A stretch of DNA of 64,000 bases from Candidatus Parvarchaeota archaeon (GCA_017609605.1 JAFCDO010000002.1:9369-73368), one strand, 5' to 3'. Positions 45,548-54,843 are shown, numbered from the stretch's first letter. Numbers and translations are program-made. The notes: generated by a model not told the origin, from the sequence alone.

Positions 45548-47740
45548 TCACGTGGACAAACCTTTTCTTTGCCTTATACTCTTGATAACTTCTTCCTGCA
45601 ATTCTTTGGGTAGTTTTTCGAACTTGGAGTCCACGAGGAACCACGCGCCCCTACCTTCAGTGCCTGAACGCAAGTCGCTTGTGAAACCAAAAATTCTTGC
45701 CACAGGCATCTTCGCTTTAATCGTCACTCTATCTTCACCCTGTTCCATGTCTAAGATCTGACCCCTTCTAGTCTGGACTTGTTTGCTAATCGAACCCATG
45801 TAATCTATTGGTGAGTCAATCCTAATTGTTTGGACTGGTTCGAAGATTAATGGGCTCGCGTGACTGAAAGCTTTCCTAATCCCATCTCTGAGCGCTGGCT
45901 TGACTTGCATTGGGCCTCTGTGAATAGCGTCTTCATGCAGTTTCATATCATTAAGGATTAGTTTCACGCCCGTGACCGGTTCTCCGGCTACGGGTCCTCC
46001 TTCCATGACTTCTCTGAACGCTGCAATGATTAGTTCCATAACTTCGCCTACGTGCACGATTCCTTTAGTGTTATCGTACAACAAGTTGCCTTGAAAAATG
46101 TCTTTAACTCGTTTAGCTTCTTTAGCGCCGTAACCAAATTTTTTCAATTTCTCAATCACTCCCACGTCTTTCTTCCTTATTTTTCCTTCAGGAAGTTCTC
46201 CCTCTCTTATCGCTTTGCTAATCTCTTGTTCTAAGGGCTCGACTTGAAGGTAAAACTTGTTGTGCTTGTTAGGACTTTTTCCCTCAACTTCGGGGGAGGT
46301 TCCTTGAATGGTCTCCCTATAAATCACTATTGGTTGGGAAGTAACGACTTGCATGTTCTTGTACTTCTTAATCTTGTGCTCTGTCCACTCTAAATGAAGT
46401 TCGCCCAAACCGCTGATGATTTGTTCGCCTGACTCTTCGTTAATCTTGATTTGGATTGTTGGGTCTTCCTGACTTATTTCCCTTAAGACTTGGATTAGTT
46501 TCGGCAAATCCTTGGGGTTCTTGGCTTCAATTGCTTTGGTAACCACCGGGTCGAATAAGTGTTTTATTCTCTCGAAAGGCACCATTTCACTGTTGGAAAC
46601 TGTTTCTCCTGAACCAATGCCTTTCAGACCAATGACTGCTGCAGTGTTGCCCGCGGGAACGCTTTCCTGAGTGGTTCTTTTTTCGATGATAACCGTGAAT
46701 ATTTGTTGGGTTTTCGCTATTCCTCGCTTCCTGTTCAAATACACTTCCATGCCTCTTTTCAGGCTTCCTGAAAACACTCTTCCAAAAGTTATTTCTCCTG
46801 CTTGAGGGTCAACAATCACTTTGGTGACCACGAATACTAGTGGCCCGTTTTCATCCACGTTCATTAACGATTTTCCGACTTCGCTTTCAAGGTCTCCATC
46901 CCACAGTTTTGGGATCCTGTACTTCTGAGCGACTAACGGGTCAGGTAAGTGTTTTACAACCATGTCAAGTATTACTTGATGCAACGGCACTTTTTCTTCG
47001 AGTTCAGCTAGTTTTTCCCTGATTTCCTGATCTGATCCTTCGTAAGATTCTTTGATTTGTTTGAAAGTTATTCCTGTCTGCTTCATTATTGGAAAGCTTA
47101 AAGCCCAGCGGTGCACTGCAGACCCGAAACCAACTGTTCCCTCGTCGGGCTTGCACTTCCACTTCTCCTTAAACTCTTCTGGAGCTAATTGCTGGATTAA
47201 CTTGTTGTAACCGGCCATGATTTTCAAGAAGCGTTTCTGCATGTCCTCTGGTTTCAACTTAAGTTCTTTGAATAAGCGGTCAACCTTGTTTATGAACAGG
47301 ACTGGCTCAACTCTTTCACCCATTGCTTGCCTAAGAACTGTTTCGGTTTGAGGCATTATTCCCTCCACGGCATCCACCACGACTAACGCGCCGTCCACTG
47401 CGCGCATCGCGCGAGTGACTTCGCCTCCGAAGTCAACGTGTCCTGGAGTGTCTATCAAATTGATAAGAAAGTGTTCGTCTCCAACTCCGTGAACCATGCT
47501 CACCGCTGACGCTTGAATCGTGATGCCTCTTTGCTGCTCCTCTTCCAACGAGTCCGTTTTTCTGGCAGTGCCAGCCACCCTCATGGAAAGCATTCCAGCG
47601 CCTGCCAGCAAGGAATCAGTGAGAGTTGATTTACCATGATCTATGTGCGCGATTATGCCAATGTTTCTGACTCTATCTCGCTTGAACATTAATTCTTCAA
47701 TTGATACTTTATCGTCTTTAGCCATTTTTTTATTAATCAC
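45548..47740 (-). CDS. fusA: translation elongation factor 2 (aEF-2)
   Basis: AHIDHGKSTL, DTPGHVDF, NKVD and the diphthamide-region …AIHRGPMQV…; 730 aa. Confidence 0.9.
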   Translation of the reverse strand: MINKKMAKDDKVSIEELMFKRDRVRNIGIIAHIDHGKSTLTDSLLAGAGMLSMRVAGTARKTDSLEEEQQRGITIQASAVSMVHGVGDEHFLINLIDTPGHVDFGGEVTRAMRAVDGALVVVDAVEGIMPQTETVLRQAMGERVEPVLFINKVDRLFKELKLKPEDMQKRFLKIMAGYNKLIQQLAPEEFKEKWKCKPDEGTVGFGSAVHRWALSFPIMKQTGITFKQIKESYEGSDQEIREKLAELEEKVPLHQVILDMVVKHLPDPLVAQKYRIPKLWDGDLESEVGKSLMNVDENGPLVFVVTKVIVDPQAGEITFGRVFSGSLKRGMEVYLNRKRGIAKTQQIFTVIIEKRTTQESVPAGNTAAVIGLKGIGSGETVSNSEMVPFERIKHLFDPVVTKAIEAKNPKDLPKLIQVLREISQEDPTIQIKINEESGEQIISGLGELHLEWTEHKIKKYKNMQVVTSQPIVIYRETIQGTSPEVEGKSPNKHNKFYLQVEPLEQEISKAIREGELPEGKIRKKDVGVIEKLKKFGYGAKEAKRVKDIFQGNLLYDNTKGIVHVGEVMELIIAAFREVMEGGPVAGEPVTGVKLILNDMKLHEDAIHRGPMQVKPALRDGIRKAFSHASPLIFEPVQTIRIDSPIDYMGSISKQVQTRRGQILDMEQGEDRVTIKAKMPVARIFGFTSDLRSGTEGRGAWFLVDSKFEKLPKELQEEVIKSIRQRKGLST

Positions 47741-47939
47741 CGTAAGTAGTCTATTATTTCTAAAACCTTCTTTTTAAAAGTTTACGGTTTTCACGGCACC
47801 TTCAAGTTGATGGAACCGTCAACAAGGTAGGTTTTAAGGATTCCTTTTTGGTGAGGAATCAAGTATACTCGCTTAACACAGAAAGAGGCTGATGAGAAAC
47901 TTAAAAAGCCTGTTTCCGCTAAAAGTATGGAGAAATAAA

Positions 47940-48515
47940 ATGTATCTATTCTTTGACACAGAAACAACAGGATTGCCAAAAAATTGGAGAGCACCAGTTT
48001 CAGATTTGAGCAATTGGCCACGATTAGTACAAATCGCTTGGTTACAATGCGATACTTCTGGTAAAGAAATATTAAAGCAAAGCTATATTATCAAACCAGA
48101 TAATTTTGAAATACCTTCTGAAGCTATTAAAGTTCATAGGATATCAAATGAAAAAGCAAATAGAATTGGTATTTCATTAAAAAAAGCATTAAGCGAATTT
48201 TCAACCATTCTTAGAAGTTCCAAATTATTAATTGCACATAAAATAAATTTTGATGAAAAAGTTGTAGGTTCTGAATTAATTAGAACAAAAATCGAGAACA
48301 ATCTTCCTTCAATAGCCAAAATATGTACGATGCTTGCAACAACAGATTTCTGCAAAATTCCGGGACTTTATGGGTATAAATGGCCAACACTAATGGAATT
48401 GCATAAAAAGTTATTTAATTCTTCTTTTGAAGACGCCCACAATGCTTTAAGTGATGTTTCTGCTTGTGCTAAGTGTTTCTTCGAATTAAAAAAAAGAAGA
48501 ATAATAAAATTTTGA
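47940..48515 (+). CDS. DnaQ-like (DEDDh) 3'-5' exonuclease
   Basis: Exo I motif LFFDTETTGLP at the N-terminus and a C-terminal …HNALSDVSAC… (Exo III H-x4-D). The gene is markedly AT-rich (~30% GC, A/T-ending codons) compared with its surroundings. The start is at the internal ATG 47940. Confidence 0.7.
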   Translation: MYLFFDTETTGLPKNWRAPVSDLSNWPRLVQIAWLQCDTSGKEILKQSYIIKPDNFEIPSEAIKVHRISNEKANRIGISLKKALSEFSTILRSSKLLIAHKINFDEKVVGSELIRTKIENNLPSIAKICTMLATTDFCKIPGLYGYKWPTLMELHKKLFNSSFEDAHNALSDVSACAKCFFELKKRRIIKF

Positions 48516-48566
48516 TTAGCTCTTAAAAATCAATTAAGATTATATCCGGTTTTGGAACCTCTGTTT

Positions 48567-50303
48567 TTAGTCAACGCTTATCTCAGAAGGAGGTTCTGGA
48601 GTGACCTCATCAACAGGTAATTCAGGGTCTGGAGAGGGGCTTCCATTAATCAGGGGTTCTGAATCCTCCGGAGGAAGTTCCATGTCTTCTGGCACATAAA
48701 TGCAGTTGGCAACACAAGTTCCTGGGTTGATGCATGACGCGATATAACCTTTTCTAAAAGTGCATCCATCATTGGTCAAGCAAGCGGGAGTCACGCACCC
48801 CGACTCGCACCTAATTCTGCCTTCCGGGCACGCGCAATCCAACTCTAAAGTGCGAGCCACAACACAACTGGCGTCGCAGGACCCCTTGTTCTCGCACTCA
48901 AAAACCTGGTAAACATCGTAACTCAAAACTTCATCAAAGTAGCACCCGTTCCACGACGAGCAGTCCAAATTGCTGAAACACTTGTCCACGCACTCATTGT
49001 CACAGCACTTCTGACCTGAACCACACTGCAGGTCCGAAACGCATTGGGTCCTTTGATAACAATAATTAGAATAACAGTTCCACCCGCTTGGACAGTCTGA
49101 AACGTCACAACAATTCCCTACGACCTCGTCGCCCGAACAGCACATGCTTTCCGAACTGATGGCAACACTGGAGAAAACGCATCCCCTGACCGCGCTCGCA
49201 GAACTCGACTCGGGGTTGCAGCACTCGTCTTTATTGCATCCACAATCCCTAGGGCAGTTCCCACAGTTCTCAACATCTGACTCGCAGATCCCGTTCCCGC
49301 AAGGCACCCCGAAACAAGGATTGCTCACCTCTTCTGGAGCTTCTCCGGACACGTAAGAATCAGTGCAGGACATGCTTCCAGCTTCGTCGCACCAGTACCC
49401 TCCTGCAAGCAGACACGTGTTCATTGAACCACAATGTTCTAGCGAGTCTTGACTGCAAACTCCTTCCAGGGCTTCGCCGGGCACGGCTGGCTTGGCAGTA
49501 ATCCTTACTTCATCTGTTTTTGAGCAGTAAGTGTAATAAGCGTAAGCGTGGATTCTTGCGCTGTAATGGTCTTGACCTGTCAAGTGAGTGTTAAAAATCA
49601 GTCTCAACGATTTTTCGAGCCCGCCGTTTAACAACACGTCCCTAGCAGTGCAAGCATAATAATCCCCTGCAGTGTTGTGCGTGCAAGTAAAAAATCCTGA
49701 TTCTTCAGTAACTTCTAGTTTTCCGCCAATCCCAGGGATTTTCACTGACAAATAATTTATTTGCTTGAGTTTTTCGGGTCCCGTGTTCTCCAGAATTATT
49801 TTAATGCTTTTGCCACTAACCTCTCCTTTGTAAGGATTAGTTGCTTGCATGGAGAGCGTTATCGGCGCTTTTGAAGAGCCTGAGAGAAGGTTGGGAGTGG
49901 TTCCTTTCCACTCCAGTCCTACGAGTTGGATGTCCATGTAAGCTTCACTCGTATAATTATAACATATTTTGGCGTAAGGTGTGAAAACGGATTCAGCGCT
50001 TAGTTCAGGGGTTTCAAAAGTCCAGGAAGCTAAGAAATCATCCCCTGGGGTTAAAGTCATGGATTGAACAGTGATGGAGGATTGGTTTATGAGATTGCCA
50101 GTGTTATAAATAGTGAAGAATAAGTGGTCGGAATTGTAATCCCCATCGTTCTCCACCCACAGGTTCATGTCGAAGAATTCTTTAGACTGAACCTCATATT
50201 TTTCAGCGGAAAAACCTTTAACGACCACGCCGTAATAACCTGCAGAAGAAACACAACCTAACAGCACGATCAATGCCAATAACGAACCGATTCTCTTAAA
50301 CAT
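48567..50303 (-). CDS. large secreted Cys-rich surface protein
   Basis: Signal peptide MFKRIGSLLALIVLLGCVSSA, a ~300-aa beta-rich region, then a ~250-aa domain with more than 50 Cys including GVPCGNGICESDVENCGNCPRDCGCN, and an acidic Pro-rich C-terminus. Confidence 0.55.
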   Translation of the reverse strand: MFKRIGSLLALIVLLGCVSSAGYYGVVVKGFSAEKYEVQSKEFFDMNLWVENDGDYNSDHLFFTIYNTGNLINQSSITVQSMTLTPGDDFLASWTFETPELSAESVFTPYAKICYNYTSEAYMDIQLVGLEWKGTTPNLLSGSSKAPITLSMQATNPYKGEVSGKSIKIILENTGPEKLKQINYLSVKIPGIGGKLEVTEESGFFTCTHNTAGDYYACTARDVLLNGGLEKSLRLIFNTHLTGQDHYSARIHAYAYYTYCSKTDEVRITAKPAVPGEALEGVCSQDSLEHCGSMNTCLLAGGYWCDEAGSMSCTDSYVSGEAPEEVSNPCFGVPCGNGICESDVENCGNCPRDCGCNKDECCNPESSSASAVRGCVFSSVAISSESMCCSGDEVVGNCCDVSDCPSGWNCYSNYCYQRTQCVSDLQCGSGQKCCDNECVDKCFSNLDCSSWNGCYFDEVLSYDVYQVFECENKGSCDASCVVARTLELDCACPEGRIRCESGCVTPACLTNDGCTFRKGYIASCINPGTCVANCIYVPEDMELPPEDSEPLINGSPSPDPELPVDEVTPEPPSEISVD

Positions 50304-50327
50304 CCTTCAATAAAAAGAATTTAGGGA

Positions 50328-50675
50328 TTAATATAATTTTTCAACGTTCAAAGCTTCGCGTTCATCTTCAAGCAAGTACTGAGCTTTTTGTAAATGGTCA
50401 ACTAACAAGTAAGATAATTCTCCTAATTCTAAAGTTTGTGCTTTAATCCTGCTGGACATTTTTCCGAATTCTTCTCCAGCTAATGTTTCCAAAGGCACTA
50501 ACACTTCTCCTGAAACTATTGCTCCTTTTCCCGTCAAAGCAAGGTTTACCGTGGCCGCGGAGCCGTCAAACCATTCTTTTGTGAACTTAACATTATCTTC
50601 ACGCTTTTCAATGGCCCACAAATCTTCAACAGAATTCGTATAAGCCTCAACAACACTAGATAGTTCTGACATCAT
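50328..50675 (-). CDS. hypothetical protein
   Basis: 115 aa; its start overlaps the stop of the upstream ORF. Confidence 0.4.
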   Translation of the reverse strand: MMSELSSVVEAYTNSVEDLWAIEKREDNVKFTKEWFDGSAATVNLALTGKGAIVSGEVLVPLETLAGEEFGKMSSRIKAQTLELGELSYLLVDHLQKAQYLLEDEREALNVEKLY

Positions 50676-51058
50676 TTTAAGTCACCCAACAAGAGTTTCT
50701 CAACTTCACTGATTTTTTTGAGAACAGTGTTTTCTCCTCCGTTCGTCGCGACTGTTACGGTCAAAGACTTCGGAGTCCCGATGAGTTTATGCTCGGAACC
50801 GCTCAAGCTATTGTCAGCGCGCACTAATCTCCCTCTAACGATGACATCAACCCAACTCCAACCTCTATGATCCTTTTCCAATCTCTCTAAATGAACGTCG
50901 AACTCTCCGAAAACGTTCTCAAAATCTTTGTAACTTTGAATAATGTTAAAGAACACTTCACCCGGTGTATGAGTCTTAGGTCCGTCTAATTTATACTTTT
51001 CACTCATTTTTGTTTCGTAAATGTCTTTTATTTTTTTTGCGAACTCCAACAAAACCAT
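50672..51058 (-). CDS. hypothetical protein
   Basis: 128 aa; co-transcribed pair with 50328-50675. Confidence 0.4.
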   Translation of the reverse strand: MVLLEFAKKIKDIYETKMSEKYKLDGPKTHTPGEVFFNIIQSYKDFENVFGEFDVHLERLEKDHRGWSWVDVIVRGRLVRADNSLSGSEHKLIGTPKSLTVTVATNGGENTVLKKISEVEKLLLGDLK

Positions 51059-51226
51059 GTTACCACTTAACAGTAATTATCTTTTAAGGGTTTCGATTTT
51101 TAGGCTTTGCGCACGTAATAGTGAATTCATGCTCAAGAAACATGAATGCGCACGAAATAAAGAATTAGAGGAAATACTGGACTAACTGCCATAATGGTTT
51201 TAAAAGGAGATTTCTGGAGTTGAAGT

Positions 51227-51367
51227 ATGAATTTGGAAGCAATTAGAACTGAAGTATGTCCTCACTGTGGGTCTATTAGAACAGTATACAGTAATCTTAC
51301 AACTTACTGTCCAGGATGTGACAAACACACAGATGTCCCAATGGGTGAGAAAAAGCATATAGAATAA
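51227..51367 (+). CDS. small zinc-ribbon protein (46 aa; CPHC…CPGC)
   Basis: Not in the ORF track, which has a 60-aa cutoff. ATG 51227 to TAA 51365-51367 translates to MNLEAIRTEVCPHCGSIRTVYSNLTTYCPGCDKHTDVPMGEKKHIE. Confidence 0.3.
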   Translation: MNLEAIRTEVCPHCGSIRTVYSNLTTYCPGCDKHTDVPMGEKKHIE

Positions 51368-51502
51368 ACTGAAAATTTTTTTTGAAAAACGTTTATTTAT
51401 ATATGTCCAATATTTTTATCATCTGTTTTTTATTCTTATTTGAGGTATTGGTTTATTTTTTGGGAAGCTTTTTTATAGTATTGTTTTCAGAAGAGGGTTT
51501 TT

Positions 51503-51952
51503 ATGATTGAACGTCTTAAGAGCGTGTTTAGTTCGGGTAACTCGTTTGTTTTCCTGTGTTTTCTGGTTATCTCCACTCTTCCTGTTTTGTCGGCTTTTTG
51601 TTTTTGGTTTTTCGTGCCCGGAACCTTATTTTTTATTGTTCTAGTCTTGTTGCTGGAAGCCAGTTTTTTTGCGGGTTTGCAGAGTGAGGGTTATGGTTCT
51701 GACAAGCTCTCAATCGTGGTTTTGAGTGGATTAGTTATTAGTCTGGCTCAAGGTTTCGCGTTTTTTTCGAATGGTTCTGCTTCGGGTTTATTGTTTTCTG
51801 TTCCCGTGTATTTGTGGGCTTGGATTTCAATGTTCGTTGCTGGGTTAGAGATTAACCCGAAGAGCTTGGATAACCGGGCTTTGCTCGTGGCTTTGGTAAC
51901 TACTCTGGCGAGCGTGGGAACCATGACGTGTATCTGGATTTCAATTGTTTAA
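51503..51952 (+). CDS. polytopic membrane protein, hypothetical
   Basis: 149 aa with 4 predicted TM helices; convergent with the ABC operon. Confidence 0.4.
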   Translation: MIERLKSVFSSGNSFVFLCFLVISTLPVLSAFCFWFFVPGTLFFIVLVLLLEASFFAGLQSEGYGSDKLSIVVLSGLVISLAQGFAFFSNGSASGLLFSVPVYLWAWISMFVAGLEINPKSLDNRALLVALVTTLASVGTMTCIWISIV

Positions 51953-52704
51953 ACGTTATCGCTTTTTTCGAACAAATACGCGCCTAGGGATACCATTGCC
52001 ACTGATAATGTTATCATTATTGTCAGGTTTATTAGCGGGTGGAACTGTGATACCCCGATTAGCGCTCCTCTAAGCCCGTCGAGCCCGTAGGTCAGAGGGT
52101 TCGCGTAGGATAGGATTCTTATTGGTGCTGGCAGATTTTCTATTGGGTATAAGGCGCCTGATAAAAAGAACAAGGGCATTACCACGAAGTTTATTATCAG
52201 TTGAAATCCTTGCATGTCTTTCATTCTTGACGCCAGTATTAGTCCTAACCCTATGAAAGTGGTTGTTATCAAAGCCATGAAAATTAATCCTGTTAGAAAC
52301 CCTGTAATAGTGGTTCTGAAACCGAGCAGGGTTGAGATTAGGATTAACAGTATTCCTTGAGTTAATGAAATGGTGGCTCCTCCAGCGATTCTTCCGAGAA
52401 CTATTGACGTCCTGCTTACCGGGGCGACCATAATTTCTTTCAGAAACCCGAATTCTTTATCCCAGAGCACGGACACTCCTGAACCTGTGCTTGAGAACAG
52501 CATTCCCATGCCCACGATTCCTGGAACCAGGAATTGTAGGTAAGCAATTCCTTCGATTCCTGGGATTGTCATTTTGCTGAACCCGAATCCTAGTCCTCCC
52601 AGAAATAATAGGGGCATGATTAGCATGGACACCATCCTTGATTTTGACCTAGAGAATCTTTTCATTTCTCTAAGCCACATAACGTATACCGCGTTCAGGT
52701 TCAT
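51949..52704 (-). CDS. ABC-2 type transporter permease
   Basis: 251 aa with about 6 TM helices; overlaps the ATPase stop (co-transcribed). Confidence 0.65.
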   Translation of the reverse strand: MNLNAVYVMWLREMKRFSRSKSRMVSMLIMPLLFLGGLGFGFSKMTIPGIEGIAYLQFLVPGIVGMGMLFSSTGSGVSVLWDKEFGFLKEIMVAPVSRTSIVLGRIAGGATISLTQGILLILISTLLGFRTTITGFLTGLIFMALITTTFIGLGLILASRMKDMQGFQLIINFVVMPLFFLSGALYPIENLPAPIRILSYANPLTYGLDGLRGALIGVSQFHPLINLTIMITLSVAMVSLGAYLFEKSDNV

Positions 52705-53696
52705 CCGTGTCCCATCCTCCTCATCCTCATTCTTTTCATTTTCTCGGTTTGGCCTGCTTCTTGGGTGCGGATGGTTTTTCCTGTAAAATACAGGAACACG
52801 TCTTCGAGGCTGGGTTTTCTTAGGTTGACTGACGTGATTTGGATTTTTTGTTTTTCCGCTGTTCTGATTATTTCAGGTATGTGTTTTTCACCGTTTTCGG
52901 TTGTGAGCGTGATTTTGTTGTTGTGTTGTTTTATTGATTTAACCCATTTTTTTTGTTCGAGTTGTTGTTTAAGTTTGTTGGATGGTTTTTTTAGTTCAAG
53001 GGTTATAGCGTCTCCTCCTAAAAAGTTTTTTAGGTTGCTTGGCTTGTCGAGCGCAATTATTTTTCCGTGGTCAATTATTGCTATCCTATTACATAAGAAA
53101 TCTGCTTCTTCCATGTAATGGGTGGTTAGGATGATTGTTACCTTGTTTTTTTGGTTTAGTTTTTTGATGTATTCCCAGATGCTTCTTCTGGTTTGAGCGT
53201 CGAGTCCAAGGGTTGGCTCGTCAAGAAATAGTACTTTTGGTTTTTGTATTAGTCCCCGCGAGATTTCGAGCCGTCTTTTCATTCCACCGGAATAGTTGTC
53301 CACGAGCTCGTCTGCTTTGTCTGTTAGCTTGACTAGTTTGAGAACTTTTTTGATTCTTTTTCGTCTTTCTTCTTTGTTGATTCCGTACATTCGTGCGTGG
53401 AAGTCAAGGTTTTCCTTGCCAGTGAGTCTACCGTCTAGCGCTGGTTCTTGGAAAACTATGCCTATGCTTTCTCTGACTTTGTTTTTTTGGGTTTGCACGT
53501 CAAATCCGTTGACTTGGGCTTGTCCTGAAGTGATTTTTAGAAGAGTTGATAGCATGTTTATAATCGTGGTTTTTCCTGCTCCGTTAGGTCCAAGAAGACC
53601 GAATAATTCGCCTTGTTTGACTTGAAAACTAATTTTGTCTACTGCTGTAAAGTTTCCGAATTTTCTTGTAAGATTAGTGGTGTTAATGGCTTTCAT
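52701..53696 (-). CDS. ABC transporter ATP-binding protein
   Basis: Walker A GLLGPNGAGKTT, signature YSGGMKRRLEI, Walker B VLFLDEPT, H-loop. Confidence 0.85.
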   Translation of the reverse strand: MKAINTTNLTRKFGNFTAVDKISFQVKQGELFGLLGPNGAGKTTIINMLSTLLKITSGQAQVNGFDVQTQKNKVRESIGIVFQEPALDGRLTGKENLDFHARMYGINKEERRKRIKKVLKLVKLTDKADELVDNYSGGMKRRLEISRGLIQKPKVLFLDEPTLGLDAQTRRSIWEYIKKLNQKNKVTIILTTHYMEEADFLCNRIAIIDHGKIIALDKPSNLKNFLGGDAITLELKKPSNKLKQQLEQKKWVKSIKQHNNKITLTTENGEKHIPEIIRTAEKQKIQITSVNLRKPSLEDVFLYFTGKTIRTQEAGQTEKMKRMRMRRMGHG

Positions 53697-53709
53697 TTAT
53701 GGTTATTTT

Positions 53710-53955
53710 TCAGTCAACTTTACCTATTCCTTTGAGGATTTTCATGGCGAATTCTTTCATTTTTGTTGCTTTTACGAGAACGATGCCGTGGTGTTTTTTT
53801 CCTAGAACTACCATGCTGTCTCCGGGCCCTATTTTGAACATTTCTCTGGCTTGTTTTGGGATTACGACTTGTCCTCTTTCGCCGACTTTGACTGTTCCGA
53901 AGATGTGTTTATCTTTCATATGATTCATATTTATCATATAAATACGAAAAATCAT
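53710..53955 (-). CDS. AbrB/SpoVT/MazE-family swapped-hairpin DNA-binding protein
   Basis: …HIFGTVKVGERGQVVIPKQAREMFKIGPGDSMVV… is a typical SpoVT/AbrB domain. The true start is probably an internal Met. Confidence 0.55.
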   Translation of the reverse strand: MIFRIYMINMNHMKDKHIFGTVKVGERGQVVIPKQAREMFKIGPGDSMVVLGKKHHGIVLVKATKMKEFAMKILKGIGKVD

Positions 53956-54031
53956 ATTTAAGTCTTTGTGTTTTTTTAAGCTTTTTTTTGTAACACGTAG
54001 GGGGTGGAAATTTTTAAAAAACCAGAAAATT

Positions 54032-54643
54032 TTATCTGCTGGTGTCAGCTTGTCTTTCGACTTCGTTGCATTTCTTGACTGCGGCGCTGTCCGAGCTGTT
54101 CTGGTACGCTAGGATTATTTCGCTGACCAGGGCTTGTCTCGTACTTCTTTTTTTGTTCACGCTTTTAGCGTAAGATCCTTGCACCATCCATCTTAGCGCG
54201 AGGTCTACTCTGCGTTGCGGGCTGATGTCAACAGCTCTTTGATATCTTGTCCCGCCGTACTCTATGCTCGTGACTTCTTCTTTTGGAGCGCTGTTCTCGA
54301 TTGCCGTGGCCAGGACTTGTATTGGGTTGGTTTTGAGCTTGTTTTCCAGGTCTTGCAGGACTTGTTTGACGATTTTGAATATTGTTTGGGTTTTGCCTGA
54401 GCAGTGCCCTGAACTCCACCAGTGTTCTTTTCCTTTGTGGCCGGGAACCATCATCTTGTTGATTAGTCTTTCCACCACGTGCATTTTGCTTTTCCAGAAT
54501 TTTTTGGATTCGTGCCTGCCACTCGTTTTTGGAATAATTATTGGTTTGACGTTTATGTAATTCATGAGCCCTGGGTCTCGTAACTCTATTCCTGTGTTTT
54601 TCCACTTATTGAATAATAGTATTTCGCTCATCTGTGTTTCCAT
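54032..54643 (-). CDS. rps7: 30S ribosomal protein S7 (uS7)
   Basis: uS7 fold blocks (…LLFNKWKNTGIELRD…LINKMMVPGHKGKE…ALRWMVQGS…). Confidence 0.9.
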   Translation of the reverse strand: METQMSEILLFNKWKNTGIELRDPGLMNYINVKPIIIPKTSGRHESKKFWKSKMHVVERLINKMMVPGHKGKEHWWSSGHCSGKTQTIFKIVKQVLQDLENKLKTNPIQVLATAIENSAPKEEVTSIEYGGTRYQRAVDISPQRRVDLALRWMVQGSYAKSVNKKRSTRQALVSEIILAYQNSSDSAAVKKCNEVERQADTSR

Positions 54644-54843
54644 TTTTGTATTGTTTTCCTGATGTCTTGGCTTAAGGTTCCTGTGACCCGGGTTTTTGTT
54701 TCGAGTTGGTGGAACCTGTTACCTTTTTGGTCAGTGATTATGATTGCTCTGCTCCCGTCTGGAAGAGTTTCTTTTTTTATCTCGCATTCTTCTTGGGTTA
54801 GTGTTTGTTTTATTAGTTGAACGCGCCTGATTACCCGGTTCAT
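54628..54843 (-). CDS. small hypothetical ORF between rps12 and rps7
   Basis: 71 aa. It overlaps the rps12 stop by 4 nt and the rps7 start by 16 nt. Not a known member of this operon. Confidence 0.3.
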   Translation of the reverse strand: MNRVIRRVQLIKQTLTQEECEIKKETLPDGSRAIIITDQKGNRFHQLETKTRVTGTLSQDIRKTIQKWKHR

